From positions 1 to 64,000 of the forward strand of contig JBLDXI010000074.1 of NCBI GenBank assembly GCA_047495785.1: a stretch of DNA of 64,000 nucleotides. The letters are read 5' to 3'. Position 1 is the first letter of the stretch. Every line of letters starts with the position of its first letter. A model generated the notes under the pieces. It saw nothing but the letters and a program-made list of their open reading frames with translations. It ran no database searches and was not told where the DNA came from. Shown here one piece after another: positions 26,617 to 38,875 of the stretch. Position numbers and translations under genes: made by a program. Origin of the DNA: Lepidodermella squamata (lineage: Eukaryota; Animalia; Gastrotricha).

Positions 26617-29600
26617 ATGGTAACTGCAGATAAATGTTGCTTTATGACTGCTAACATGCGACTTTTTATAACAGGATCTCAAAGCCTTTTCCAAAGATGA
26701 TTTCGATTCAAAAACGTGGATCAATGAGTTCTTGAATGGCTTACCTACCGAGCCAGTCAGTGGAGACAAAGACGCCACCCAACTAGTGTCGGCTGCAGTG
26801 ATGAAACTTCAAGCAACATTCCACGAAACAGACGGCGAAATTCAGGCCATTGCTGATGAGTTGCCACTGTTGCTGCCCAGGTAAAATGAACATTCTAATT
26901 TATGCTTCCAATTAAATTATGCCTATTAAATTATGCTTATTAGAACACTGCAAGATCTCGAGCTACTATCAAAAGACTTGATTTTACTGAAAGATCAAAT
27001 GAATACTGTGGGCAACGACGTTCGACACGTAAGTCAGATACTGTATTAAATACTTTACTATTTTCTGCGAGGACTTAATTTCACCTGCGAGAAAAATTCG
27101 ATTCGCACAAATTTTCGAAAAATCGCTCAAACACATCAAATTAAACGAGCGGGTATATTTCAAATGGCTGACTTGTGTCAATTTCGGCGACATCACAGGG
27201 CGCTCGATGCTCGATCCAAGGCGAATTAGTTTAATGTAAAAAATAAACTAAAATAGTTGAAGCGTATATATGTTTAAGTTGAGTTTGCATCGTAAATTGC
27301 TGCCGTCTGTTATATTTGTTTCAGTCATCACCGGCGAGCAAATGTGGAAAATAACAAAAATTCATACGAGTAAGGACGAGAAAATGAAAATATACTGTCA
27401 TCGATAGGGTTCGCTTGCATCGGCATTGCAATTCGCTCGCCATCGTAAATTCCATAGTAGTCTTCCCATCTATCAGTGATTCATGAGAATTCCACAGATT
27501 TCCCATTCCGCTATTCAGGTTCTCTTGAAGCTTTCATGAGCCATCTCGACCGAATCAGTTTCAATATCGAGAGTCTGAGGTCATCTGTAGCATTCAGCTT
27601 TTTCACTGCGAAACTAGCAGCCAATCTCTCGGAGTAATATTCTCCTAAAGATGCCCTCATGTTCTATTTGATTAACTCGAAATTGATATAGCAATTCTGG
27701 GGCGTAGTTCGGTTACTGCGCCTGGAACTCAGTCTTTGCTGATCTCAGGATCTCATCGATGTCAATCAAAATTTCATCCTCGTCCAAATCGACCGAATTC
27801 GAATCCACAGATTTATCCAAAATATTTGTACATTGATCGGCTGGCTAGCACTGACCCGTGAGACAAGCTGGCACGAAAATCGGCAAAAAATTGTGATCGC
27901 CGAGAAGTTCGATGAATGCGTCCTCACGATGGCAGGCGTATAGGTCCAAAATGACAACACCAGGTTGCTCAGCGGGTGCTTTTCAAAACCGATCACAATA
28001 AAGCGAGAGAATATCTTGAACGTATTTCGATAAGGTTTCGGATTTGTTCCAGTGAATCGAAGAGTGTGTGACGCTCAGATTGCTAGGATATGGCAGATTG
28101 GCATGACAGCGGTCAATGGCACCCTGGTAAATCATTTGAGGGGGCAGAACGTGCCCCGACTGCGTTGTACCCACCACCACAGTCATTTCTCGTTTGTCGT
28201 CGTAGCTGCGATGGGGAACGGCTTTGACCCGGAAAAATTACAAGTTTTATGAAAATGACCAGAACGAACTCTTGAAGCTTTAGGAAATGCGAAAATAGGA
28301 GTCCTGGTCGCTCCCATTCGCGAAAAAATTCCTCGCAGAAATTAAAACCTGAAAATAAGGCCCCTCGCAATACTTGAGTCCTCGTAGAAAATAGTACAGA
28401 ATAATGAGATTTATTCAATTTAACTATTTCTGTATATCATAGGCTGAAAAACAATCGACAGAAGCTATGAAAACCTTGTTCACTCTCGAAACTATGAAAC
28501 AGCGCATGATGCAAACCGAAAAAGCTCTAAAGGAAACTGACAACTGGATCTCTCTAACTTCTGATATCGATGAATTATGCTCGGCTGGAGATTCGGAAAA
28601 GGTTCGTCTTATTTAAAACAAAATCGAGAAATCTTCAATTTTGCATTTTAGCTTTCTGATCGATTGGTCAAACTTCACAAATGCTTAGCCCTTCTCGCGC
28701 CGGGTTTATCTGTCGAAGCCGTCACAGAACGGCGAAACGTTCTATCATCATTGGCCGATAAATACGAGGCAATTGTCAGCCCAGCTTTGGTGAAGGCTTT
28801 CAATGATTTAGACCGAGATAATGTCGCTAAATTCGTCGAAGTCTTCATTCTAATCGGCCGAACCGAACAGCTGCAATCGTATTACTGGCACTCCCGAGTT
28901 ACAAAATACATGAGCCATTGGGATACGCTTCTGGAGCGCCACGGCTCTGCGAAATTCTGCTACGCACTATCTGAGTTCTACGTTGATTTAACTCGAAATT
29001 GGCAGCAAGAAGTCCAGTGGTGTAGTTTGCTGTTCGACCAGCCTGCCCTGCTGTCATGCCGAGTTCTTGTTGAGCTGTCAAAAAAGCTAGAGTCGACTTT
29101 CACGTCAACGTTGGCGTCAAAAATCGAGCCAGAATCTGAATCGGCAATCGCGACTCTGATCGAATTCAAAGACGCTTGCGATAATTTCACAGAATCAGTA
29201 ACAACATCAGGTTACTTGCCTCACCACTCTGATTTGCCGAAACAGCTGTTCAAACTCGTCTACCACCCGTTGACGAGCTCTTTCGACAAATTTCAACCAG
29301 CCTTTGAGAAACAGTTCCGCCGCACCTTGGACGCGATTATTTTAGATCACGTTGATATTGGCGAGTGTGTTCAGTTGTTAACTCGATCTGAGGAGAAGAT
29401 TTTCGAGCAAGGCATTTCGGTGAAAGATAACTGCGATCGATTGCTAGACGGGTTCATCGCCCCAGTTTTCATTCCGGCGTTCGAAACGTTCTTGGTCGAG
29501 TATTTCAATGAAATCAAACGTGTGACTAGCAATTTACGTGAGCGAGTTTTCACGAAAATCATCACAGGTGAAACGCTATCGCCTGACCATTGGTCTGTCG

Positions 29601-30511
29601 TTAATAACTCGATTCAAATCGCTGTAATTGCCGGTAGTTGCTCCTTCGAATTAGCCGCAAAAGCTGGTGAATTATGCTCGGAGATCACCCCTATCCCTGA
29701 CATCAATCGATCGGGTAGTACCTCGTCGGACCAGGGTGAATTGACCCTATTCGTTGAGTGCCTTATGCAGGAATGTCCGAGATTCCGCCAATTGTACCGA
29801 ACGTTTGTAACAGCCGCGAATTCTGACGATAAAATCAAGGCAGTTTTGAATAAGGGTCTAACAGCGATTTCCGCCATGGCTACTACGATAATCACGTTTG
29901 TTCTGGATGTTTTGACAAAACCAGCGTTTTCTCAGCTGAAATCTCTGGTTTCTGGTCAAGACGAACAACAATCGCAAATTCATTCGTCGGTTTCTAGCGA
30001 TCTGTTGCCCGACTATTCATTCGCTCCGAGGCATCAAATCGCCGAATTGGGGCAGTATTTATTGACTCTACCGCATCACCTCGACACATTCGGCTCGGGG
30101 AATGAGAAAAAACTAGCCGAGGCGCTACGAATTTGTTCGCATGGTTCGATAACTGTAGAAAAACAGAGAGCGTTATCGATTTCAGACCCTGATTCTTCGT
30201 TGCAAACTCAGCAAACCTCCGAGTTACTCCTCGAACCTGTGAGTCGAATGTTGGCTGATGAGTTGATTCAAATTCTTCAGAAAAGCAATTATAAATGTTC
30301 AAATGCCGGCGCGGCTAAACAACTAGCGACTGATATTGATTATTTGCTGGGCGTTTTCGATGATTTGGGCCAAATGCCGGCTGGTGCGGCGAAATTGAAG
30401 CAGCTATCCGGGATGCTACGCAGCGGATCGACTTCGCTGAATGATCAAAGTGAACCTGTTCCGGCTGATGTTTTGAAATTGGCTAAACTGCTGTTGCCTC
30501 AAAATAACTAA
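26617..30511 (+). CDS. COG7: Conserved oligomeric Golgi complex subunit 7; exons 26617-26619, 26675-26880, 26944-27028, 28443-28601, 28652-30511
   Basis: M|DLKAFSKDDFDSKTWINEF, LKETDNWISLTSDIDE, LPDYSFAPRHQIAELGQYLLTLPHHLD, AAKQLATDIDYL are COG7 hallmarks; all junctions GT-AG and frame-consistent. Confidence 0.92.
27510..28235 (-). mobile_element. Decayed pogo-family (DDE_1) transposase in COG7 intron 3
   Basis: DDKREMTVVVGTTQSGHVLPPQMIYQG...HSSIHWN...VVILDLYACHR...IFVPAS; after a ~120-nt interruption, MRASLGEYYSERL...DLRLSILKLIRSRWL; contains stops and frameshifts. Confidence 0.8.
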
Positions 30512-30718
30512 TTTCTGAATAATTAATTTATCCATAATAATGAGTCATTCGTTGTGATGGTTGTGGTTAATAAATAACCAAAAAATAACAGGTTTGGATT
30601 CGAAATTTTTAATTTATTAAATTAGAATTTCGCAAAAATTCCGCTAATTTGTCTAACTTCTGAGGAATGGCCGATCTTGAAAATTCATTAAAAATTAGTT
30701 TCTAGGGATTAAATCTAA

Positions 30719-33700
30719 ATGACATCTCAAGAATCGAATTTGGTGGTAATTTCGCCCAAGGAGGGTCTTTTCTTCAAATCCTTGAACACAGCCGTTCATT
30801 TCGAGCTGCGAAAAACCGTCGCAGAGCCAGTTGCGTTCAAAGTCCTGTCAAAATTCCAGAAAATCTACCGCGTCAATCCGAATGTCGGCGTGATCGAGGG
30901 CCCAGTCGACCGAACAAAATCAATTTCAGTCACGTTGAACACTGATATTTCATCGATTTCCCAGGCTGATATAACCGGTTTGGCGAACGATGTTCTTCTG
31001 ATTGATATTGTTCGGGTTGATGAAGTGGCTCAGAATGGCAATCCACCAGCGAAAAAGGCGCATAAATCCAGCCATTTTGACTGGTCAAAGGTGGAAGATA
31101 GATCGAAAGTTCAAACGCTGAAATTGAGGTCGAAATTGGACCCGTTGTTTAAAATTCAGTTGACGAATCAAATGCTAGAAATTGTCAACGCGAAGCATGC
31201 GAAATTGATGGAAGAAGCGAAAAAACCTGAAGAAATTGTGTCAACGGAGTGTCAAACTCAGGAAAGCCAGGAAACTTCTGATCAGCCTGTTCAAACGCAA
31301 TCTCAAGTGATGGAAGTTGAACCTAGCCAGGAGAAGCCAGTTGAAATATCGAATTCTGAAAATGAGCCACCTGTTGGAAATGCGACTGTTGAGATGACGA
31401 TGGTCTCCGAGGCGGAGGTGGAAAATCTCCCGGAAAAAATACCGATGCCTGAAATTATGGATTTGCTCAAGGAAATTCGCCAAATCGAGCTCAAAGCTGA
31501 AATTGTGAGTTTAATTCATCATTTTTTTAAAATTCAAGTTGAAAAATATCTTCGAAAATTCTAAATTAAAACAAATTGTGAAAAAATATTTAAAATGAAT
31601 ACCATATCGTGAGGTGAAAAGCGTTTGGCGCGAGAGTAATCAAATAGATCCAGAAGAGTGTGAAAGTCTTGACCGATAGTGACCTATTGTAATCTCGTCT
31701 TTATAGATTTTAAATAGTTGTTTAGAACAATTGCAAGATGAAAAATATGAATTATGACCCGCGTCCTTAATGAGTGGGCCGATCATTGGCTCTGTCGCAC
31801 CTATGTTCGTAGCAGATGTACTAAAGAAAAATAAGAAATGAGATATTCTTACCAAAGATTCGTTTGTAAGCCTGAGTGGAATTTCGAAAAATGAATGTTG
31901 AAAACGAGGTAAATATCAAAATCCTACAAGGCTGGGTCGATCTTCGGCGATTTCCGCAGCTTTCGGAGCGGATCGCGAGGCGGCCAGTAGTGATAAGCTG
32001 GTCCTTCTGATAACTCTGCTGGTCCGTCCGTTTCATCTCTTGATCTTTTTCGTCAAGGCTCCGCTGGAGCTGGACGCAGAGTTTTACCAGCGCTTCTTTT
32101 CCTAGTTGGTTTAGGGCGCTCTCGGGCAGCAGCAGCTCCAGCAGCAGTAGCATCGGCAGACATTATAAGTCAGAAAAATTGGTCAGAAAAACTTCTACGA
32201 GTAAGTGTTCAATCAAAAATGTAGAAAAAATGACCATTAAAATATCAAGTAGCCTTGAAAGACGGGCTTTCACTCGAGCTTCTCCGTTGAAGCCTGACGC
32301 ACAGGTCGGCCAGCTCAGCCATGTCCAGATCAAGCAAGACGGCTTTTGACAGTAACAGCTTACCTTTATCGGCGGACATGGTGTGGAAAGGTAGATATTA
32401 TCATAATCGTCAACGATCGAGCCGTCCCCTAACTCAAAAACACAATAAGTATAAATCCCCGATTTCTGTCATTCCTGGGGGTTGCATTAGCTGTAAGTAT
32501 CTAGCTATAAGTAGCAACTTTGGCAGCGCACTTTATTTTGTTTATATCATTTATTTTAAGACATCGAGAATATTTGAAATTCAGTACGCTGCGTTATTTT
32601 CTGGAATTTCATTCCAAAGCCAAACGCTTCAGCATTTCGACGTCGCATTTGCCCTCGTCGAGCACCCGTGTAGCGTCTCTATCGATCTGAAACGATAAAA
32701 TGTGTAGTAAATAATCTCAAAAACGAAAACTGAAACACAAATAAGTATAAGTCACCCGTTGCTCGAGATGTCACACAGAAATGGAAACAGAAGTCAGAAG
32801 TCATGATTGATTGCCAGCTGATATTGCTAGTACAGTCAATAAATTGATGAAGAAATTTAGCACGTGTTCTGTTGTTTTTCAACTGGAACTTGATTTCGTT
32901 AGCGTCGAGGCGGCATTGATCGTCAACGGTCGAGCCGTCCCTTAACACAAATAGGTATGTATGGATCACCAATTTCAAAGACTGGCCAAAATTGCCAGAA
33001 ACTGAACACACGCTAAATGTACAATTGAGCAGGACTAGCGCCGCTCGCAGTTTTTGAAGAAATCGAAATTCTACACGCTGTCTGTTATAACTGCTTTATT
33101 TTGAGGTGGCCAGTCGCTTCAGCATCTCGACGTCGCATTTGCCCTCATCGAGCACCCTTGTAGCGTCCCTTTCGATCTGACACGATAAAATGTGTGATAA
33201 TGGCGGAAACATTTAATTGGTGCTGCTTTTTAGCGCCAACGATCCACGGAGGTAATTGAGCACATGCAAGATGTAAAACAATATAGCATGCAAATACGGA
33301 CGAATTGATATATTAATACGTAGGCGGAATTTAGCTGTGGGGGAAGTTAGGACTGGCGGGAATCATGGCGGAAATCATAGGACTGGTGCTGACAGCATTA
33401 TGGCATTTCGGGATATTTTGTTTGGGACGAGGCGGCCACGATCACAAGCGCACCGCCGTCGCTCTTCGTGCGGCCCAAAATCATGGTAGCATCTCGTTCG
33501 ATCTGAATCGATAAATTGCGTCGGCCATGCAAGCACAATGAACTTTAAAAATTACTATTAATCGTAATCGTAGGACTAATGTTGGAAAAGTGTGGACGGA
33601 TAGTGATGCGACCAGCGTGCCTATCAGCCGGTCTTTCTCCTCTAGATGAGATTCCCTTCTGCTAGCTCAGACTTGTCCAGTTGGAGCAGGAATTGCTTAT

Positions 33701-35916
33701 TAAGAGGCATTTTGTTGACTTGAAATATTTGAACAAATTTCAATTTAAATGAAAAAACTAAAAACCCTATCTCTGAGATAGGGACGGCTCAGAACTAGAT
33801 CTCAGAATTATCTCATAATTTGAAAATTGCAACAGAAATAACTAGAGATCACTCATTTCTGTCATTTTTGGGGGTTGCATGAGCCATAAGCATTCTTTTA
33901 GTCACCGCAAAATTTTCGTTTGTAAACCTGAGTGGAAGTTTGGAAAATGCATTCTGTAAAGACATGGCGGCTATGATAAACAAAAATAAAAATCTTGACA
34001 GTTGGGTCGCTCTTGAGCGGCTTCAGCTGCGTGTGCGGCGGAACGTGAGGCGACGAGGAGGCCAACTAGGGTCTTCTCGTTTTCAAGCAGCATGGTCGGA
34101 ATATACCTGATGGTCTTTGGCCGCGAGCTGCTTCTCCTTGACCGCGAGCTGTTGCTGAAGGCTGATACACAAGTCTACCAGCTCAGGCAGGTTTTGCGGC
34201 GGACAACAAAGTGACGATTTCCAGCAGCTTCTGAATCTGCGTGTCTTTCGCTGCGAGCTGCTCGTCTGTAGCCGTGATGCGGGCTGCGAACTCCCTGTCC
34301 TTTGCTGCGAGCTTCTGCTGGAAGCTGGTACACAAGTCTGCCAGCTCAGACTTGTCCAGCTTGAGCAGCATCTTCGATAGAAGAACCTTGTCTTCGTTAG
34401 CGGACATCATTGGATCTCAGCACAATAAATTACTATAATCGTACAATTAAGGATTAACGTATGATACATTTTCAACTAAATATTGACAATGCTATTTTTT
34501 GAGGTCCAAAATCAAAACTGTTGACGTTTAGCCATATGAAATAAATTCGCTCAACGATTTCAGTCAGATATTCAGCTGATATTCAGCTGATATTGAGCCA
34601 TCAGATGACTATCGTGACTTCTGACTGAAATGGCTATGGTGTTTAGCCGCGAGCTGTTGTTCCTTGGCCGTAAGCTGTTGCTCCTTGGCCGCGGGCTGTT
34701 GCTCCTTGGCCGCGAGCCGTTGTTCCTTGGCCGTAAGCTGTTGTTCATTTGCCGCGGGCTGTTGCTCCTTGGCCGCGAGCCGTTGTTCCTTGGCCGTAAG
34801 CTGTTGCTCCTTGGCCGCGGGCTGTTGCTCCTTGGCCGCGAGCCGTTGTTCCTTGGCCGTAAGCTGTTGTTCCGTTGCCGTGAGCTTCCGAATAAAAAAA
34901 ATAAACATCTTACAGGGCTGGGTCGGCTAGCGGTTGTGGCTGCCTGTTGGGGCGGCAATGCTGCGACCAGCGTGGCTATCAGTCTTGTCTTTTTCTTCCA
35001 GCTGATGTTGAAGATTTACGCATAAGTCGACCAACTCGGACTTGCCCAGCTGCTGTAAGGCGATTTTCGGCAGCACCAGCTTATCATCATCGCTGGACAT
35101 TGTAGTTTGCAAGAAGCAAATAAAAAATGAAAGAAGCAAATCAAAGGACTGGCGCTGACAGCATTATGGCATTTCGGGATATTTTGTTTGGGACGAGGCG
35201 GTCACGATCACCAGCGTCCCGCGGTCGACAATCGTGCGCTCCAAAATTTTGGTAGCGTCTCGTTCGATCTGAAACGGCAAATAGCGTCGTAATTTCAAAA
35301 CATCATTCAAAAAAAATCACTGTTGAGTCAGCCATTTGCTTCGATTGAGTTCAATCGATTAGCTAAGTTCAATTTGGTCGAGGAAGATTCACGAATTACA
35401 ATCTCTATTCAATGTCGGCAATTGCTTTAAGCAGCTTCTCATCGAACTTTCCATCGATGAGCACCTTCTCGAGCATCTTTCAATCTGAGATGATAAAGTG
35501 CGCTCAAGTGCAAAATAACCCAAAAAAACAATGAAGTTGTGGTGAATTTTAGCCTATGCCTGGAAATATACTAATACGAGATGAAGTTATTATGATTTGA
35601 TTTGACTTGCGTTTAAATGAAAATTCAAATTTTTTTATTTATTTCTAAAAAAATCTGATTAAACGCTAGAAAACTTGAAATGATACAAAAAGTTATTTGC
35701 GTAATTTTTGCGAGACATTTTTGTTTCTTTTCATGTCATTAAATTGTTTCATTTATTTATTCTTAGGCCAATCGAGCGATTCGAGTTATGCGATGTGCGA
35801 CCAGTCGAAACGTGCCGCCGCTGCTCGGCATCGTGAAGCGCGTCCACGACGCGGCCCAGTATCGCCTCGCCATGCGGACCGGTGACGAGAACATTTTCAT
35901 GGAATTTGAGCAATAG
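30719..35916 (+). CDS. MSP (major sperm protein/VAP-type) domain protein; exons 30719-31504 and 35767-35916
   Basis: LVVISPKEGLFF...VAFKVLSKFQKIYRVNPNVGVIE...ISVTL...NDVLLI is an MSP fold; phase-0 donor GTGAGT at 31505 fits phase-0 acceptor ttcttag before ANRAIRVMRC...FMEFEQ*; AATAAA near 36014. Exon 2 link is inferred. Confidence 0.7.
31860..35490 (-). pseudogene. Mosaic cluster of exon-1 and exon-2 modules of the 7730-11605 gene family
   Basis: Exon-1 types start at 35100, 34410, 33710, 32379, 32163 (motif LL-x-K/E-xx-L-xx-L-[DG]-K-x-EL-[VA]-x-LC-xx-[LF]-Q). Exon-2 types follow cag acceptors at 35484, 35268, 33502, 33176, 32686 (I[ED]RDAT...). Confidence 0.75.
34646..34885 (-). repeat. 21-bp coding minisatellite with 63-bp higher-order period encoding heptads EQQLTAK/EQRLAAK/EQQPAAK
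   Basis: Units ccgtaagctgttgctccttgg, ccgcgggctgttgctccttgg, ccgcgagccgttgttccttgg recur in order, about 11 units. Confidence 0.9.
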
Positions 35917-36983
35917 TTGAACTGATTGCGCGATCTCTGTCTCTACCGATATCTCATTACTTATTCGCTTTTTTGTATTGTACTTGATTTTTCGCCGGTC
36001 GGCTAAACTTCGCAATAAACATGCTGCCATACAATTGTCGTGTTGTTTTTATTTTGGAAAAATGGGCGATGACTCATGAAAAATTCACCAGGACTATTCG
36101 GACTATCGGTGAATTTGCTGGGACATGTTTCGAAGCGGGAAAATCGATTTCCAGGCAGAAATAATCAGTTGGAATTGTGCACTCGAAATTGAGCTTTTTT
36201 GCGTCGTGGGAAAACTGAATCCACGCGCAATTTTAGACCAATGTTACGCCTCGGAACTAAAGCGTGTCGCATAATTTTTTTATAACAATTTATCGACTTT
36301 CCCAAAACCTTCTTCTACCTGAGTTATAAACGAAAAATTTAAAATTTACCGTAGAAAACCCAGAAATAACGCGATATGGTAATTTTCGGTTTTTCATCCG
36401 ATTATTTATTCCCTTTGACAAGTTAGATACTTAATATGTTTTCATGACATTTCAAATTTTTTTGGCCTTGGAAAAGGGCATCGTGCCTCATTTCTGGCTT
36501 GCCTACCCGTTTTCTGTGAATCTTTAACGCTTGGGACACAGCGTAAATTTCTGCCAGCCGTTTTTTTTTAATTTCTCATGACGTTTTTTTGTGACCGAAG
36601 TTCGCTTATTCCCCCGATCACTCTTACTGATGCACGAACCATTTTTCCTCTAAATATTTGGTAACCTAAATAGGCGCATTTTGTAGAGGGGTCACACGTC
36701 AGACATCGAGAAGTTTTCGCAAGCTCTGCTGTTAATCTGCTGTTATTTCTTTACGATTTATCTTAATTTTAAAATCGAGGGATTTTTTTTAATTTATTTA
36801 TGAATTTTAGACCCTTGTACAATGCTTACGTGTTTCGATTGCTCGCGCCAACACGTTATGGCGAACATGGCGAATCGCGAGCCAACAGATCGCGTGCTGT
36901 CATCACAACTGTTCGCCCGAGAAATTTTCCAAAAAATACCCCAAATTTTTCAAAACAGCTTCATCACTACTAACATACGGAAA

Positions 36984-38595
36984 ATGCTACGTTTCATACC
37001 TATAAGCGCGGTACTTGTTGCGTTAGCCGCGTCACAGAGTGTCACAAATTCGGTTACCAAATCGCCGACAATTCCCGACTACGTCAACGTGGTCAATGGC
37101 GGGCTAGCTTCAAGCGCGTCGAAATCGAGCGGGAATTTCGGGAATTATGACTCGAACACAGCCTGGATTTTTACCTCAACACCGAAAATTGAGCCTTCAA
37201 CAACCATGGCAACCACACCTGCAACTACGACCACCTTAATAACTGCTGAAGCTTCCACTACATCTTCGATTTTAACCACAATAGATTCTACTACAACGCC
37301 TGTTTTGTTGGTTAATTCAACTGAACTAGTTTCGGACAACAACACCTCTACGACAAATGCTACTACTACTACTACTGCCATCGCTATTTCAACAACGACA
37401 TTGGTCGGTAATGAGACGATTGGTAATGATAGAATTATCATGAATGCAGCTGGCGATGTTACTACTGAGAAAATTTACGACGCAACTGCTGACATTTTGC
37501 CGACGCTTACGAGCAGCTCGGTCGCGGTAAAGCTCGGCGTCGTTGAGGAAAGCTCTGGATCAGGCGCGGCTGCTGTTGAAGAGGTGCCGGTATCTATTGG
37601 TGCTGGAGGTGGCCTGCCTGGTATGCCTGGTCTGCCTGGTATGGGTGGAGGAGCGGATATTCTCGGTAGTTTATTCGGAGGTGGTGGCGGTGGCCTTTTT
37701 GGTGGCGGAGCCGCTGGTGGTGACGAGGAAGGTAAGCTTGCGAGAGACAGCATTTCCGTTTTGAATTGATTCAAAATTCAAAATATTTGAAATTCGGTTC
37801 CGCCAACGGTAAATTTGATGATTTATTAGATAGCGATTTCAGTGTGCCCGATAATTCGACTTATATAAGATGCATACGATTGAAACAGCTACCCAAGGGT
37901 CCAAACTTCGGGCAAAACACGTTTTATAATTTTTTTAATCAACCTTTCGTCTGAAAAATCTGGAAAAAATGTGAACCTAGGGGCGACGATTCTGGATCGA
38001 CAGGTAAATTTTGAGAAATTTCGGAGTTCACCTTGATATTTAAGAAATAGGTGAAGAAACCGCTAAATTTGGACACATCATTTGCATAAGCTTAGGCCTT
38101 ACGCAAGTTGTATTCGAATTTGGTATTCGCAGTCTGTCTTCGAAATTTAAAATTTTAAGGAATTAATTTCTTAATTAATATTCATTTTCATTATTTCTAA
38201 CTCCTAATTTATTAGGCAACTTGAAGTGTTTTGCTTGCGAATCGTGCCCTGAAACTACGGATAAAATGCGGAAAGAAACTTGCCTCGATTTTTCGGCTCT
38301 TTGCGTGGTAAGTATGGAAAAATCACTTGAATTTCTCTAATTCTCTCGGAACTTTTCCACCTTAAAATAGACAAAAATTCACTACACAATGCGCCGCGGT
38401 AAGCTCTACTACGTCCGAAAGAGCCGATTCTGCGGCCCATCGTCCTGCCCACCCAGCTCATTGATGGCCCGGTTCCAATGCTGCTCCGGAGACCTGTGCA
38501 ATGGCTCAGCATCTCGCCATGACGCTAAACGAGTCGCTGTCGCGTTAGTCGCAGCTATCACCGCTCTTCTCGCGATTTTCCGCCAATCACGTTGA
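36984..38595 (+). CDS. GPI-anchored Ly6/uPAR (three-finger) protein with long N-terminal Thr-rich and Gly-rich region; exons 36984-37731, 38216-38307, 38371-38595
   Basis: Signal MLRFIPISAVLVALAAS; LKCFACESC...C...C|...C...C...CCSGDLCN; hydrophobic C-terminal tail VAVALVAAITALLAIF; junction phases 1 and 0 are consistent. Confidence 0.8.
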
Positions 38596-38875
38596 TGCAA
38601 CAAATTTCGGACATTTTAATCTTATACCATCACGTTTCTTTTCCTTTTTTGAAATTTTATCGTGGAAGAACATGTTTTCTACTCACACATACCTCATAAT
38701 ATACTGCTTATAAATTATTCTTAGTTGAAATAATGTGATTTTATCATCCTTGTCTAGAACGGATTGATAAGCTGATTTTAATAAAAAGAAGTGCGTCTTT
38801 AACTAGGTCAAAACTTGCCGATGTAATTTCACAATTTTTTTTATTAAAAATTCACTAGATTATAAAACCAATTTG

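Noticed and set aside
34646-34885. Possible CRISPR-like array
   Set aside because: Contiguous 21-bp units with no unique spacers; a coding minisatellite in a eukaryotic context
34572-35025. Overlapping ORFs in other frames (Cys/Ser-rich, Leu-rich, Arg/Asn-rich)
   Set aside because: By-products of the stop-free 21-bp repeat; only the EQQLAAK frame matches the family paralogues
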